A stretch of DNA of 61,421 bases from Candidatus Omnitrophota bacterium (GTDB lineage: Bacteria > Omnitrophota > Gorgyraeia > JABMRG01 > JAFGKX01): assembly GCA_043797125.1 (NCBI GenBank), contig JAZDPX010000049.1, positions 1 to 61,421 on the forward strand. The letters run 5' to 3'. Positions 37,894 to 47,348 of the stretch are shown piece by piece. Both the position numbers and the translations under genes were made by a program. The number at the start of each line of letters is the position of its first letter. Within the stretch, counting starts at the first letter, position 1. The notes below the pieces were generated by a model that was not told the DNA's origin, did no database searches, and worked only from the letters and a program-made list of their open reading frames with translations.

Positions 37894-38259
37894 ATGCGTA
37901 AAATCATTGCATTAATTGTGCTAACATGCGTGCTTAGTTCTTTTGTATGCGTGTCAGTGAGTTATGCGCAAGAAGAGCAGCAGGAAAACGCGGTAATAAA
38001 ATTTTTCAAAAACGTTGTTAACTGGCCTTTAAACATAACGAAAAAAGGCTCAGAGGCTGTCGGCAGGACAACGAAAAGGGCTGTTGAAATTCCACCGACA
38101 ACAGCTGCAGCTGCTGTGGATACGGTAACCGGAAGGCCGGAAAGAGCCAAGACAGTGGTTGTAGAGCCTGTCGTAGGAACAGCCGAGACAGCAAAGGAAG
38201 CTGTTGTAGGCACGGTAACAACCCCAATAGAAGGCACTACAGAGACATTTGAACGATAA
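37894..38259 (+). CDS. Exported Thr/Val/Gly-rich hypothetical protein
   Basis: Signal peptide, amphipathic low-complexity repeats. Confidence 0.7.
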   Translation: MRKIIALIVLTCVLSSFVCVSVSYAQEEQQENAVIKFFKNVVNWPLNITKKGSEAVGRTTKRAVEIPPTTAAAAVDTVTGRPERAKTVVVEPVVGTAETAKEAVVGTVTTPIEGTTETFER

Positions 38260-38280
38260 CAACATCAAAAAAGGTGTCGC

Positions 38281-39006
38281 TTGGATATAAAGATAAGGCA
38301 TTTAAAAGATATTGCTGTTTTGGATATTAATGGCGCAATAGATATAAATGCCTCGTCTTTAATAGAAAGTGTCGGCAGCCTGCTAAAGCAGGGCGCAAGT
38401 AAGATAATTATTAATCTTGATGATGTTGATTTTATAGATTATAACGGATTATCTGTGCTCGCCATAGCTTATAAAAGCGCTTTAAACAGCAAGGGAACAA
38501 TAAAGCTTTCCAACGTACCAGCGCATGTAATGGAGCTTTTGTGTATTGTAAAGCTGGACAGTGTATTCAGTATTTATGAGAATGTGGATAAGGCAGTAGA
38601 GAGTTTTAATTTAAAAAAACCCCTTAGCAGCACAGAGCCTTCATTAAAGAGCCCGCTGCGAAGAAGATTTAAGCGGTTGGGCATTGATATAAATATTTAT
38701 TACAAAAAAGCTACAAGCAGCCACCAGGGCAATAATCCTCTTTATTCAGGTTTAGCTGGCAATATAAGCGGCGCAGGGCTTTTCTTACGCACCATAAATG
38801 TTTTTCCTGCAGGGACAAAGGTTGAGTTAGATATTGTTCTTCCTAAAATCGAGAAATCAGTTTCATTCAAGGGTTTGGTGGTCTGGGTTGGCGATAAGCA
38901 GCTGCAGCCAGACCTTTATCCCGGGATGGGAGTTCAATTTGTGGATATTAACCAAAAAACGCAGGAAGAATTAATAAGCTTTATCGAAGAGAATATTGCA
39001 AAATAA
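38281..39006 (+). CDS. STAS + PilZ fusion protein
   Basis: N-terminal STAS (VDFIDYNGL). RRRFKR and NISGAG. Confidence 0.82.
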   Translation: MDIKIRHLKDIAVLDINGAIDINASSLIESVGSLLKQGASKIIINLDDVDFIDYNGLSVLAIAYKSALNSKGTIKLSNVPAHVMELLCIVKLDSVFSIYENVDKAVESFNLKKPLSSTEPSLKSPLRRRFKRLGIDINIYYKKATSSHQGNNPLYSGLAGNISGAGLFLRTINVFPAGTKVELDIVLPKIEKSVSFKGLVVWVGDKQLQPDLYPGMGVQFVDINQKTQEELISFIEENIAK

Positions 39007-39033
39007 CCAGCCTCAAGGAGCGCTTTTAATGGC

Positions 39034-39597
39034 GTGAAAAGTGACTATAAGCTTAGATTATTAATTGCGTTATTCTGGCTTTTAGTTATATATATTTTTT
39101 TACCTTTTACACCCGATGTCATCAATTTACTTTTTAGAAGACTCGGGTCTTATTATGTAAAGGCGCTGTTTGTCCTTTTGTCTATAATCGGTACAGCCTG
39201 CGTATATTTGCCTTTTGTCAGTAAATTTCGAAAACGCAAACCCGGCGCCTTATTTGCAGCGACATTTGTGCTTGTGGCTGCGGGCATTGTTAATATTTTT
39301 CTTATGTCAATACCGGCGCAGATGCTGCACATTCCCGAATATGCTGTCTTAGCCGTGTTTTTGTATAGGGCATTTACACTCGAATATGGTCGCAAAAAAG
39401 GTCTTTTTTTATCGACAGTAACAGGAATCACCGCAGGCATAATAGATGAAAGAATTATACAATATGTGTTGCCAACGAGATATTATAATATTGAAGACGT
39501 GCTCCTGAATATTGCGGGCATTATAACAGGTGTTGTATTAATATCTATATATAGGTGCGATGAGGTAAATCATGCGGATAGTAGCGCAGCGCGTTAG
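39034..39597 (+). CDS. VanZ-like membrane protein
   Basis: TM helices, HIPEY, DE.IIQY.LP.R...EDV.LN. Confidence 0.75.
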   Translation: MKSDYKLRLLIALFWLLVIYIFLPFTPDVINLLFRRLGSYYVKALFVLLSIIGTACVYLPFVSKFRKRKPGALFAATFVLVAAGIVNIFLMSIPAQMLHIPEYAVLAVFLYRAFTLEYGRKKGLFLSTVTGITAGIIDERIIQYVLPTRYYNIEDVLLNIAGIITGVVLISIYRCDEVNHADSSAAR

Positions 39598-40021
39598 CGA
39601 GGCTAAAGTTATAGTAGAAGGCAAACAAATAAGCAGTATCGGCAGGGGGCTTGTGCTTTTGGTGGCAATAGGTAAAGGCGATTCTGACGATGACATAAAC
39701 TATCTTGTGCGAAAAATAAAGAACTTAAGAATATTTGAGGACGGCGGACAGAAATTTAACCTTGATATTATGCAAGTAAAAGGCGAGATTTTAAGCATCC
39801 CGCAGTTTACTTTATATGCGGATACGCGCAAAGGCGCAAGGCCAAGTTTTGACGAAGCGCAAGCGCCGCAAATCGCGCAAGATATGTGGAAAGAGTTTAA
39901 TGCGCGCTTGCGCGCCGAAGGAATCAGCCTTAAGGAGGGTGTGTTTGCCGCAAGAATGCAGGTCCACATAGTAAACGAAGGCCCGGTAACCATTTTTTTA
40001 AACTCAAGAGGCAAGGCATGA
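39572..40021 (+). CDS. dtd: D-aminoacyl-tRNA deacylase
   Basis: MRIVAQRVS.A.V, PQFTL, KG.RPSF, NEGPVT. Confidence 0.93.
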   Translation: MRIVAQRVSEAKVIVEGKQISSIGRGLVLLVAIGKGDSDDDINYLVRKIKNLRIFEDGGQKFNLDIMQVKGEILSIPQFTLYADTRKGARPSFDEAQAPQIAQDMWKEFNARLRAEGISLKEGVFAARMQVHIVNEGPVTIFLNSRGKA

Positions 40022-40890
40022 TCTATAAAAGAATAATAACCAAGAAGCTTGGGAAGTTGTTGTTGGAGAGAAAGATAATAACGCAACACCAGCTTGAAGA
40101 GGCGCTATGGCTGCAAAAACAAGAGGGCGGTTTTTTGAGTCGGGTATTGCTTAAGCTCGGGTTTGTTACAGAAGCTGATATAGCCAGCTGCCTTTCAAAT
40201 CAGTATGGATTTCCTTATCTACCTTTGGCTAATTATACTATAGAGCCCAAAATAATTAAGCTGGTGCCTGCCGAACTTGCAAGGCAATGCGATCTTGTCC
40301 CGATAGATAAGGTAGGCGATATTTTGACTGTTGTGATGGTTGACCCTCTTAATTTGAATGCGATTGAAGAGCTAAAAGTGATTACAGACTGTAAAATCCA
40401 GGCCTTTATAGGTACTGCGTCGGATGTCACAAGCGCTGTGTTAAGATACTACGGTCCGCAGAAAGACGCGGAGAGAAAAGAAAAGGCCGATGTAATAGCG
40501 CCACTTGCGCCGCAAAAGTTTATTAATTTAAAAACCAAGGATGGGCTGGAAAAGCGCAGGTTTGTACGGCTTAATGCCTCGCTTGATTTTCATTATGCTT
40601 TTCAGGAGGAGTATTTAAAGGCAAAGACAAAAAACATAAGCGCTATTGGAATTTTATTTGTGTCTGAGAATTTTGTGCCGCTATGGACATTTTTGGTTAT
40701 AAAAATTAGAATTCCCGGCACCAAACTTCCCATAAGAGCGGTAGGCCAGGTAATAAGAATCGAAACTTTGTCTGATTTGGGATATGACGTTGCCGTGCAT
40801 CTAACTCATGTTGATAAGTCTGACAGAGCAAAGCTTAATCATTATATCCTTGAACATTTAGCTATCCTCCCGGACGATGCAAAGCAATAA
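40018..40890 (+). CDS. MshEN/GspE-N + PilZ fusion protein without ATPase
   Basis: KLGKLLL..IT..QLEEAL..Q MshEN motif and T2SSE_N region. EKRRFVR and NISAIG PilZ motifs. Confidence 0.8.
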   Translation: MIYKRIITKKLGKLLLERKIITQHQLEEALWLQKQEGGFLSRVLLKLGFVTEADIASCLSNQYGFPYLPLANYTIEPKIIKLVPAELARQCDLVPIDKVGDILTVVMVDPLNLNAIEELKVITDCKIQAFIGTASDVTSAVLRYYGPQKDAERKEKADVIAPLAPQKFINLKTKDGLEKRRFVRLNASLDFHYAFQEEYLKAKTKNISAIGILFVSENFVPLWTFLVIKIRIPGTKLPIRAVGQVIRIETLSDLGYDVAVHLTHVDKSDRAKLNHYILEHLAILPDDAKQ

Positions 40891-41356
40891 AGTTTTCATC
40901 CTGTTAGCATTTGTCTTTTTACTTATCGGCTGCTCCAGCCCCGCTATAAATACCAACCTTTATTCGGTATCAACAGTTATAGACGGCGATACCGTTATAT
41001 TATCTAACGGTGAACACGTAAGGTACATAGGTATAGATACACCGGAGACACGTAAAAAAGTTAACGGCGCATGGGAATATGTGCCTGAGCCGTTTGCGGC
41101 AGAGGCTTCTGATTTAAACAAGAACTTAGTTGAGGGAGAAACAGTTACGCTTGAGTTTGATAAGGAGCTTCGCGATAAATACGGCCGATTATTGGCTTAC
41201 GTATTTATAAGAGATAAAATGGTTAATGAAGAGCTGCTTCTTGGCGGGTATGCCAAGCTTTTAATAATTGCACCCAACACAAAATATGCAGATAGGCTGA
41301 AAAAAGCGCAAAGCGCAGCACAAGACTTAAAAAAAGGCATCTGGTCCTTAAAATGA
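40877..41356 (+). CDS. Thermonuclease (SNase-like) lipoprotein
   Basis: Lipobox LIGC, VIDGDT, RYIGIDTPE, DKYGRLLAY. Confidence 0.9.
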   Translation: MQSNKVFILLAFVFLLIGCSSPAINTNLYSVSTVIDGDTVILSNGEHVRYIGIDTPETRKKVNGAWEYVPEPFAAEASDLNKNLVEGETVTLEFDKELRDKYGRLLAYVFIRDKMVNEELLLGGYAKLLIIAPNTKYADRLKKAQSAAQDLKKGIWSLK

Positions 41357-42006
41357 GTGAGTCTTTGAAAAAAAAGAAAGCGCAGGCAATATTCAAATCC
41401 TTAAAAAAGATATATCCTAGCACCAAGATTGCGCTTGAGTTTAGAGACCCGCTGCAAATTCTAGTCGCAACTATTCTTTCCGCGCAATGCACCGACAAAA
41501 GAGTTAATATAGTAACTAAAGAGCTGTTTAAAAAATATAAAACAGCCAAAGACTATGCCGAGGCTGACCTTAAAACATTCCAAGAGCAGATTTGTTCTAC
41601 AGGCTTTTATAGAAATAAGGCCAAAAATATTATAAATGCTGCCAAGAAAATCGTAGCTGAATATGGCGCAAAAGTACCTTCCGCAATGGAAGAATTAATC
41701 AAGCTGCCAGGGGTCGCAAGAAAAACAGCGAACATAGTATTGTATAACGGGTTTGGCAGGATAGAAGGCATTGCCGTTGATACGCATGTTCGCAGGTTAA
41801 GTCAAAGGCTAAAACTATCAAAGCATGATGACCCCGTAAAGATTGAGCAGGATTTAATGAAGCTTTTTGATGAAAGCCAATGGGGAGAAATTTCCAACCT
41901 TCTAATAAGCCACGGAAGAAATATCTGCATTGCAAGAAATCCGAAATGCTGCGTCTGCGTTATCGAGAAGTTATGCCCTTCTAGCACACTCCGTTCTTCA
42001 GCGTAG
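41353..42006 (+). CDS. nth: Endonuclease III
   Basis: LSAQCTD, LPGVARKTAN, VDTHV, C-terminal Fe-S cysteines. Confidence 0.95.
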   Translation: MSESLKKKKAQAIFKSLKKIYPSTKIALEFRDPLQILVATILSAQCTDKRVNIVTKELFKKYKTAKDYAEADLKTFQEQICSTGFYRNKAKNIINAAKKIVAEYGAKVPSAMEELIKLPGVARKTANIVLYNGFGRIEGIAVDTHVRRLSQRLKLSKHDDPVKIEQDLMKLFDESQWGEISNLLISHGRNICIARNPKCCVCVIEKLCPSSTLRSSA

Positions 42007-42039
42007 GAGCCGTCTCCTAACGGCGAACAAAAAATCCAC

Positions 42040-42292
42040 ATAAGCCTTTGGGCATTGCCTCAAAAACACGCTTGAAGATTTGGGCAAAACTATAGTCGTT
42101 CGGCCGGGGCCCCTCCGAATTCACCTGAAAATAGTAGGGCAGGCTTTAGCCTGCCCTACTATTCAAGGGTTCATTCGGTGTCCCCAGTCTGCCTGCCTGA
42201 CGGTAGGCAGGCACTCCTATGTTTTGCCTACAACCAAAACGAGCGAGCCAAATCTTCCGCTATTGTTTTTTCGGCAATGCCCAAAGGCTTAT
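42040..42292. mobile_element. MITE-like rod-shaped element, copy B (carries a 20-bp CCTGCC insertion at 42192-42211)
   Basis: Terminal inverted repeats ATAAGCCTTTGGGCATTGCC / GGCAATGCCCAAAGGCTTAT. Homologous to 18320-18546. Confidence 0.78.
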
Positions 42293-42432
42293 ACTCATTT
42301 TTAGCCACCTTGCCATCCCCGCGAAACTTGTCCCCGTGAAAACGGGGAGCGGGGATCCGTTTTTTCCCTGTTTTTTCCCTTGAAAGTTCCGATATTTATG
42401 ATATACTATACATCAAACGAAGATGAAAAGGG

Positions 42433-42520
42433 CCCCGAAGGGAGAACTTCTCTGAAGTTTCTTCCTTCGGGGTTATCATTTTAGGCTTAATTAAGGCATT
42501 TAATTAAAGGTGATAGAAAG
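42433..42520 (+). promoter_or_regulatory. Leader of the LRP-motif gene: hairpin plus conserved 48-nt block
   Basis: Hairpin at 42433-42472. 42473-42520 matches 59621-59668 at 38/48 positions without gaps. Confidence 0.65.
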
Positions 42521-42523
42521 TTT

Positions 42524-43750
42524 ATGAGAAAAATTTTAGTAATTATTCTAATGCAATTTATCGTTATTAACAGCATAACAACACCCCTTGGGGCTGTAAC
42601 CGTAGATGCTTTGCGCCCCCTTTCAAGTGAACTATCTAAAAATGATTTTAAGGAGAATGAGCTTACTGCAAAAGTTATAAGCGAAGAAGTTTTGCCGGCA
42701 GTTAGAAAGATGGCCAAGGCAGCTGGGGAAATAATGTTAAGTTATAAAGGAAAATTGGATTCTCTTAGAAAAGAGATGAAATCTGATAAAACAATAGTGA
42801 CAGAAGTTGATACCAAAATTCAGGAAATGGTCATTCAAGAAATACGCTCATTATTTCCAACGCATTATATCGTTGGGGAAGAAGAAATGTCAGGCATCAA
42901 GCTGGATAAAAGTTCGCGATATACATGGACAATAGATCCCCTGGACGGAACCAAAGAATTTGTTAAAGACGGGAGTCATTATGGTTTCTCAATTTGTCTG
43001 ATGGACGAAGGTTCGCCAATCTTAAGTATTTTTTATGCGCCCGAATATCGTATAGACGGAGAACATGAATACTCTCTGTTTGAGGCTTGCGAAGGCATTG
43101 AAGGCGCTTATTTAAACGGAAAAAAAATTACCATTTCTAAATCAACAGACTTTAAAAACAAGAAGTGTTTAGTTGTAGGTAGCGCTGCTTACGGTATCTT
43201 AGGGTTTGAGCATAAGCTGAGAAGTTTATTTGGAGGGGGAGATTCTGACTGCCGCTCTACAACTTTGGAAATTTGCAGAGTCGCTTGCGGTGGCACATAT
43301 GGCGAGCCTATATTTTTTGCAAAAGCGATAATTTGTGATATGCACGATGTAATGCCTGGCATATACATAGCAGAAAAAGCAAAAGCTATAAATGTGGATT
43401 TTAAAGGAAGCAATCTTTTACCGGTAGATAAAACAAGATTAAGAGGGGAGAGCCCAAGATTTCATACTGTAATGGTAGGAAGCGAAGAAACAATAAAACA
43501 TGTTTTACCGGCATCAAGTGAATTATATGTACCTGACATGCATGATGCTTTGAGAAAAGATCCGACAATTAAGTTTCTTAAAGAATATACGGGCCTAGAA
43601 AATTTATTAGATAATCCAGTATTACATAAGGAATATTTGAAATGGCTTGGAAATGGAAAGATTACAGGACCACAAAAGAAAGCAATAGAGAATTCCTATC
43701 AGTCAAGGTTCAATTTGCAACTCTTAAATGCAATAGGAGCTGCTGCCTAA
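42524..43750 (+). CDS. Signal peptide + LRP motif protein carrying an inositol monophosphatase/CysQ-family domain
   Basis: MRKILVIILMQFIVINSITTPLGAVTVDA|LRP. IVTEVD, IVGEE, WTIDPLDGTKEF. C-terminus AIGAAA. Confidence 0.82.
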   Translation: MRKILVIILMQFIVINSITTPLGAVTVDALRPLSSELSKNDFKENELTAKVISEEVLPAVRKMAKAAGEIMLSYKGKLDSLRKEMKSDKTIVTEVDTKIQEMVIQEIRSLFPTHYIVGEEEMSGIKLDKSSRYTWTIDPLDGTKEFVKDGSHYGFSICLMDEGSPILSIFYAPEYRIDGEHEYSLFEACEGIEGAYLNGKKITISKSTDFKNKKCLVVGSAAYGILGFEHKLRSLFGGGDSDCRSTTLEICRVACGGTYGEPIFFAKAIICDMHDVMPGIYIAEKAKAINVDFKGSNLLPVDKTRLRGESPRFHTVMVGSEETIKHVLPASSELYVPDMHDALRKDPTIKFLKEYTGLENLLDNPVLHKEYLKWLGNGKITGPQKKAIENSYQSRFNLQLLNAIGAAA

Positions 43751-43755
43751 ATATC

Positions 43756-43927
43756 AAAGTGAGGTTTTTGCAATGCGAGGCACATTAGAAATTTTTTTCC
43801 AAATGTCTTTTTAGAACTTACGGCGCGGGAACGGCTAAAATTTTTTATTCTTGGGAAAGTGACCAAGCCGTAAGTTCAAAAAGACGGAAAAAAATTTCAG
43901 TGCCGAGCATTGCAAAAGCCGAACTTT
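43756..43927. repeat. Long imperfect inverted repeat (~170 bp) between convergent genes
   Basis: Arms TTTTGCAATGC/GCATTGCAAAA, GAAATTTTTTTCC/GGAAAAAAATTTC, GAACTTACGGC/GCCGTAAGTTC. Confidence 0.8.
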
Positions 43928-43931
43928 ATTG

Positions 43932-44558
43932 CTAAGCGAAGCAGTCCCTGATAATTTCTTTTATTTCCTGATAGGAGAGAGGTAAGTTGCAGACAAAATC
44001 CCTATGCGGCCTGTTATCTCTGTATTCAGGCGCCTTTTTAGGCTCCTTTAGATAGCGGCTTATCTTTTCAATATCAAAATCATATAAAAATGTCCCATGG
44101 TGCAAAAGGTACTTTTTTCGCCTTGCCTGGGCATTGCCGGAAACCTTTCTGTTGTTGAAAGCTAAATCCGACACAGGGTTATATGTCAGTGATATACCTT
44201 TTTTATTAAAGCTATTCACTAAATTACCCAGGATATATTTATAAGAGCCTTTAATGGATGCCAGGCTTTTATTCATAGTATAAGGTAAAACGAGAGAGTA
44301 GTTAAGGCACCCAATTCCCAAAAGCACTGTTCCTCCACCTGATATCCGCTGTATTATCTCAATATTGTCCTTTATGCAATTATCTAAACACACATCATTT
44401 TCTATAGAGCAACCTCTGCCAAGCACAACGGTATAGTTTGGGATTTCCCAAAAGCGAAAACACGCACCCTGCCTGCCTTGTTCAGCTTCGTTTAAAAGGT
44501 GTTCATCAAAGGCAATATTTTTTTCTGAAGTGTCCGGGCTTATCTTTATGTATTCCAT
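43932..44558 (-). CDS. lplA: Lipoate-protein ligase A family
   Basis: RISGGGTV, LNYS, KVSGNAQ, HHGT. Lies at the end of the gcv operon. Confidence 0.85.
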   Translation of the reverse strand: MEYIKISPDTSEKNIAFDEHLLNEAEQGRQGACFRFWEIPNYTVVLGRGCSIENDVCLDNCIKDNIEIIQRISGGGTVLLGIGCLNYSLVLPYTMNKSLASIKGSYKYILGNLVNSFNKKGISLTYNPVSDLAFNNRKVSGNAQARRKKYLLHHGTFLYDFDIEKISRYLKEPKKAPEYRDNRPHRDFVCNLPLSYQEIKEIIRDCFA

Positions 44559-44573
44559 GGTATCAAGGAGGGG

Positions 44574-46013
44574 CTATACACCGAAGTCTAAGTCTTTTAC
44601 AGCCTTTACTTCATCCAGCCTTTTTAAGGCAGTATTTTTCGGGAATTCTTTGAAGACTTGAGGATTTTTTTCAGCCAGCTTTGCCAATTCTATCATGACT
44701 TCAATAAACTCATCCAGAGTCTCTTTTGATTCTGTTTCTGTAGGCTCTATCATCATGGCCTCTTTTACGATAAGGGGGAAATATATGGTAGGAGGGTGTA
44801 TTCCCTTGTCAATCAAAGCCTTGGCGATATCTATAGCGTGGACGCCGTTTTTTGCCTGTCTTTGAGCTGAAAATACGCATTCGTGCATGCATGTGCGCTC
44901 AAACGGTAGATCGTAATAATTTTTTAGTTTATTCATTATATAATTGGCATTGAGGACCGCCATTTCGCTTGCCTGCATAAGCCCGTCTTTGCCCAGCAAA
45001 AGAATATATGCGTATGCCTTAACTAAAACCAGGAAATTGCCGTAAAAAGGCGCGATACTGCCTATAGATAGTTTTTTGTCAAAATCGAACTTGAAATTAT
45101 CCGCGCTCTTTATTAGCCTTGGCATTGGCAGAAATTCCGCCAAATCCTTTTTTACCCCCACAGGCCCGGCTCCGGGACCGCCCCCGCCATGCGGCGTAGC
45201 AAAGGTCTTATGAAGGTTTAAATGGACAACATCGAAACCTAAATCCCCCGGGCGCGCCCTGCCAAGAATAGCATTTAGATTTGCTCCGTCATAATAAATT
45301 AACGCGCCTGCTTTATGAACAAGTTCAGTAATCTCTTTTATGCGCGGGTTAAATATGCCTAGAGTGTTTGGGCAAGTTAACATTAACGCTGCGACATCGT
45401 CCGTCAGCGCCTGTTTCAACAAGTTTATGTCCACTACGCCGCTTTTATCCGACGGTATTTGTTTAACACTATAACCTGCAATGGCAGCTGATGCGGGGTT
45501 TGTGCCATGGCCTGAATCAGGAATCAACACCACGTTTTTTTTATTGCCTTTGTGTTTATGATAAGCCGCTATGATAAGAATGCCTGCCAGCTCGCCATGA
45601 GCACCTGCTAAAGGCTGGGTTGTAAATTCATCCATGCCTGTTATTTCGCAGAGAGACTGCTCAAGATTAAAAATTATTTCAAGTGCTCCCTGGGTGAACT
45701 TCTCACCGCCTGTTACTTGCGCAAGAAGAGGGTGCAGGCAAGTAAAGCCCTCCAGCGAGGCTAAGCCTTCTGTAAATTTAGGGTTGTACTTCATTGTGCA
45801 GGAGCCTAACGGGTAAAAATTTGAATCAACTGAAAAGTTCAGCTTAGAGAGATTGGTAAAATGACGCACCACATCAAGTTCGGAAACTTCGGGCAGTTGA
45901 GCTTGTTTCTTGCGGGTGTAATTTTCTTCAAGCATCCTTACCTGCGAAACATCGTCTGAAGGGAGAGAATATCCTTTTTTTCCGGCTCTTGATTTTTCAA
46001 AAATTAATTTCAT
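44574..46013 (-). CDS. gcvPB: Glycine dehydrogenase subunit 2
   Basis: PLGSCTMKYNP, HGTNPASA, HLNLHKTF.TPHGGGGPG. Confidence 0.95.
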   Translation of the reverse strand: MKLIFEKSRAGKKGYSLPSDDVSQVRMLEENYTRKKQAQLPEVSELDVVRHFTNLSKLNFSVDSNFYPLGSCTMKYNPKFTEGLASLEGFTCLHPLLAQVTGGEKFTQGALEIIFNLEQSLCEITGMDEFTTQPLAGAHGELAGILIIAAYHKHKGNKKNVVLIPDSGHGTNPASAAIAGYSVKQIPSDKSGVVDINLLKQALTDDVAALMLTCPNTLGIFNPRIKEITELVHKAGALIYYDGANLNAILGRARPGDLGFDVVHLNLHKTFATPHGGGGPGAGPVGVKKDLAEFLPMPRLIKSADNFKFDFDKKLSIGSIAPFYGNFLVLVKAYAYILLLGKDGLMQASEMAVLNANYIMNKLKNYYDLPFERTCMHECVFSAQRQAKNGVHAIDIAKALIDKGIHPPTIYFPLIVKEAMMIEPTETESKETLDEFIEVMIELAKLAEKNPQVFKEFPKNTALKRLDEVKAVKDLDFGV

Positions 46014-47347
46014 AAAGCTGACTCCAAAGCCTTAACATACTCATCAATTTCCTGGATGTCGCGTTTTTCAGTCACAGATACAAGCAGGCAGTCCTTCATG
46101 TGTTTGTAATATTGCCCCAGAGGCAGGCCTGCTGCAAAACCTTTATCATCCAGTTTTCTAACAACTTTCTCAGGGTCAGAATCCATCCTAACAGCAAATT
46201 CATTGAATGTCGGAAAGTTGTTTACAACCTCAGCACCCTTTATTTTTTTAATGGCAGCCTTAAGATATTCTGCCTTTTTAAAGCAAAGAGCGGCAACTTC
46301 CCGCAAACCATCTTTTCCTAAAAGGCACATGTATATAAGAGTCCTTAAGGCGCATAGCGCCTCATTAGAACATATATTTGAAGTGGCCTTTTCGCGCCGG
46401 ATATGCTGCTCTCTGGTCTGTAAGGTTAATACAAACCCTCTTTTCCCATCACTATCAGTCGTAGCGCCTACAAGCCTTCCCGGCATTTTTCTCACGAATT
46501 CTTTTTTAGTCGCCATTAGCCCCAGATAAGGACCCCCGAAAGAAAGAGGCAGGCCTAAACTCTGCCCTTCGCCTACGGCAATATCAGCATCCATTTCTCC
46601 GGGAGTTTTTAATATCCCGAGCGATAATGGATAAACACACATTATTGCTATCACGCCGAAACTATGGCATTTTTTTATAATCTCGGAATAGTCGTAAACT
46701 GTTCCGAAAAAGTCGGGATTTGCGAGGATCACGGCGGCGGTTTTATCGTCTATAGCCTGATTAAGCATATCCAGATCGCTTTGCGCAAGCAGGCATGGGA
46801 TTTCAACAAGCTCTACCGGGATGTTGCTTGTGTGTGTATAAACAATTTTTCTGTAAATAGGATTTACGCCGGCATCTATTATTAGCTTATTTCTGCCGGT
46901 AATGCGCACTGCCATCATGGCTGCTTCATAAACCGCGGTGCCGCCGTCATAAAGCGACGCATTGGCAACCTCCATGCCCATGAGGCGTGATACAGCGCTT
47001 TGGTACTCATATATAGCTTGAAGCGTTCCCTGTGATGCCTCAGCCTGATAAGGCGTGTAGGCAGTATAAAATTCGGAACGCGAAGTTAGCGCGTCTACGG
47101 CAGCGGGTATAAAATGATCATAAAATCCCGCCCCTAAAAATGAAATCAGGTTGTTATTATTTTTATTGGCAAGGCCTTTTATGTATTTTGTTACCTCATA
47201 TTCACTTTTGCCCGCAGGTATATTAAAGGAATGGGGACGCAGGTCTTGCTTTATATCGGCAAACAATTTTTCAATATCGCCATTTTGTATGCCGACAGCC
47301 TGAAGCATTTTTAGTTTGTCTTCTTGAGTGTGAGAGATGTAAGACAT
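46010..47347 (-). CDS. gcvPA: Glycine dehydrogenase subunit 1
   Basis: YTAYTPYQAE.SQG, NASLYDG, REQHIRREKATSNIC. Confidence 0.95.
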   Translation of the reverse strand: MSYISHTQEDKLKMLQAVGIQNGDIEKLFADIKQDLRPHSFNIPAGKSEYEVTKYIKGLANKNNNNLISFLGAGFYDHFIPAAVDALTSRSEFYTAYTPYQAEASQGTLQAIYEYQSAVSRLMGMEVANASLYDGGTAVYEAAMMAVRITGRNKLIIDAGVNPIYRKIVYTHTSNIPVELVEIPCLLAQSDLDMLNQAIDDKTAAVILANPDFFGTVYDYSEIIKKCHSFGVIAIMCVYPLSLGILKTPGEMDADIAVGEGQSLGLPLSFGGPYLGLMATKKEFVRKMPGRLVGATTDSDGKRGFVLTLQTREQHIRREKATSNICSNEALCALRTLIYMCLLGKDGLREVAALCFKKAEYLKAAIKKIKGAEVVNNFPTFNEFAVRMDSDPEKVVRKLDDKGFAAGLPLGQYYKHMKDCLLVSVTEKRDIQEIDEYVKALESAL

Positions 47348-47348
47348 T

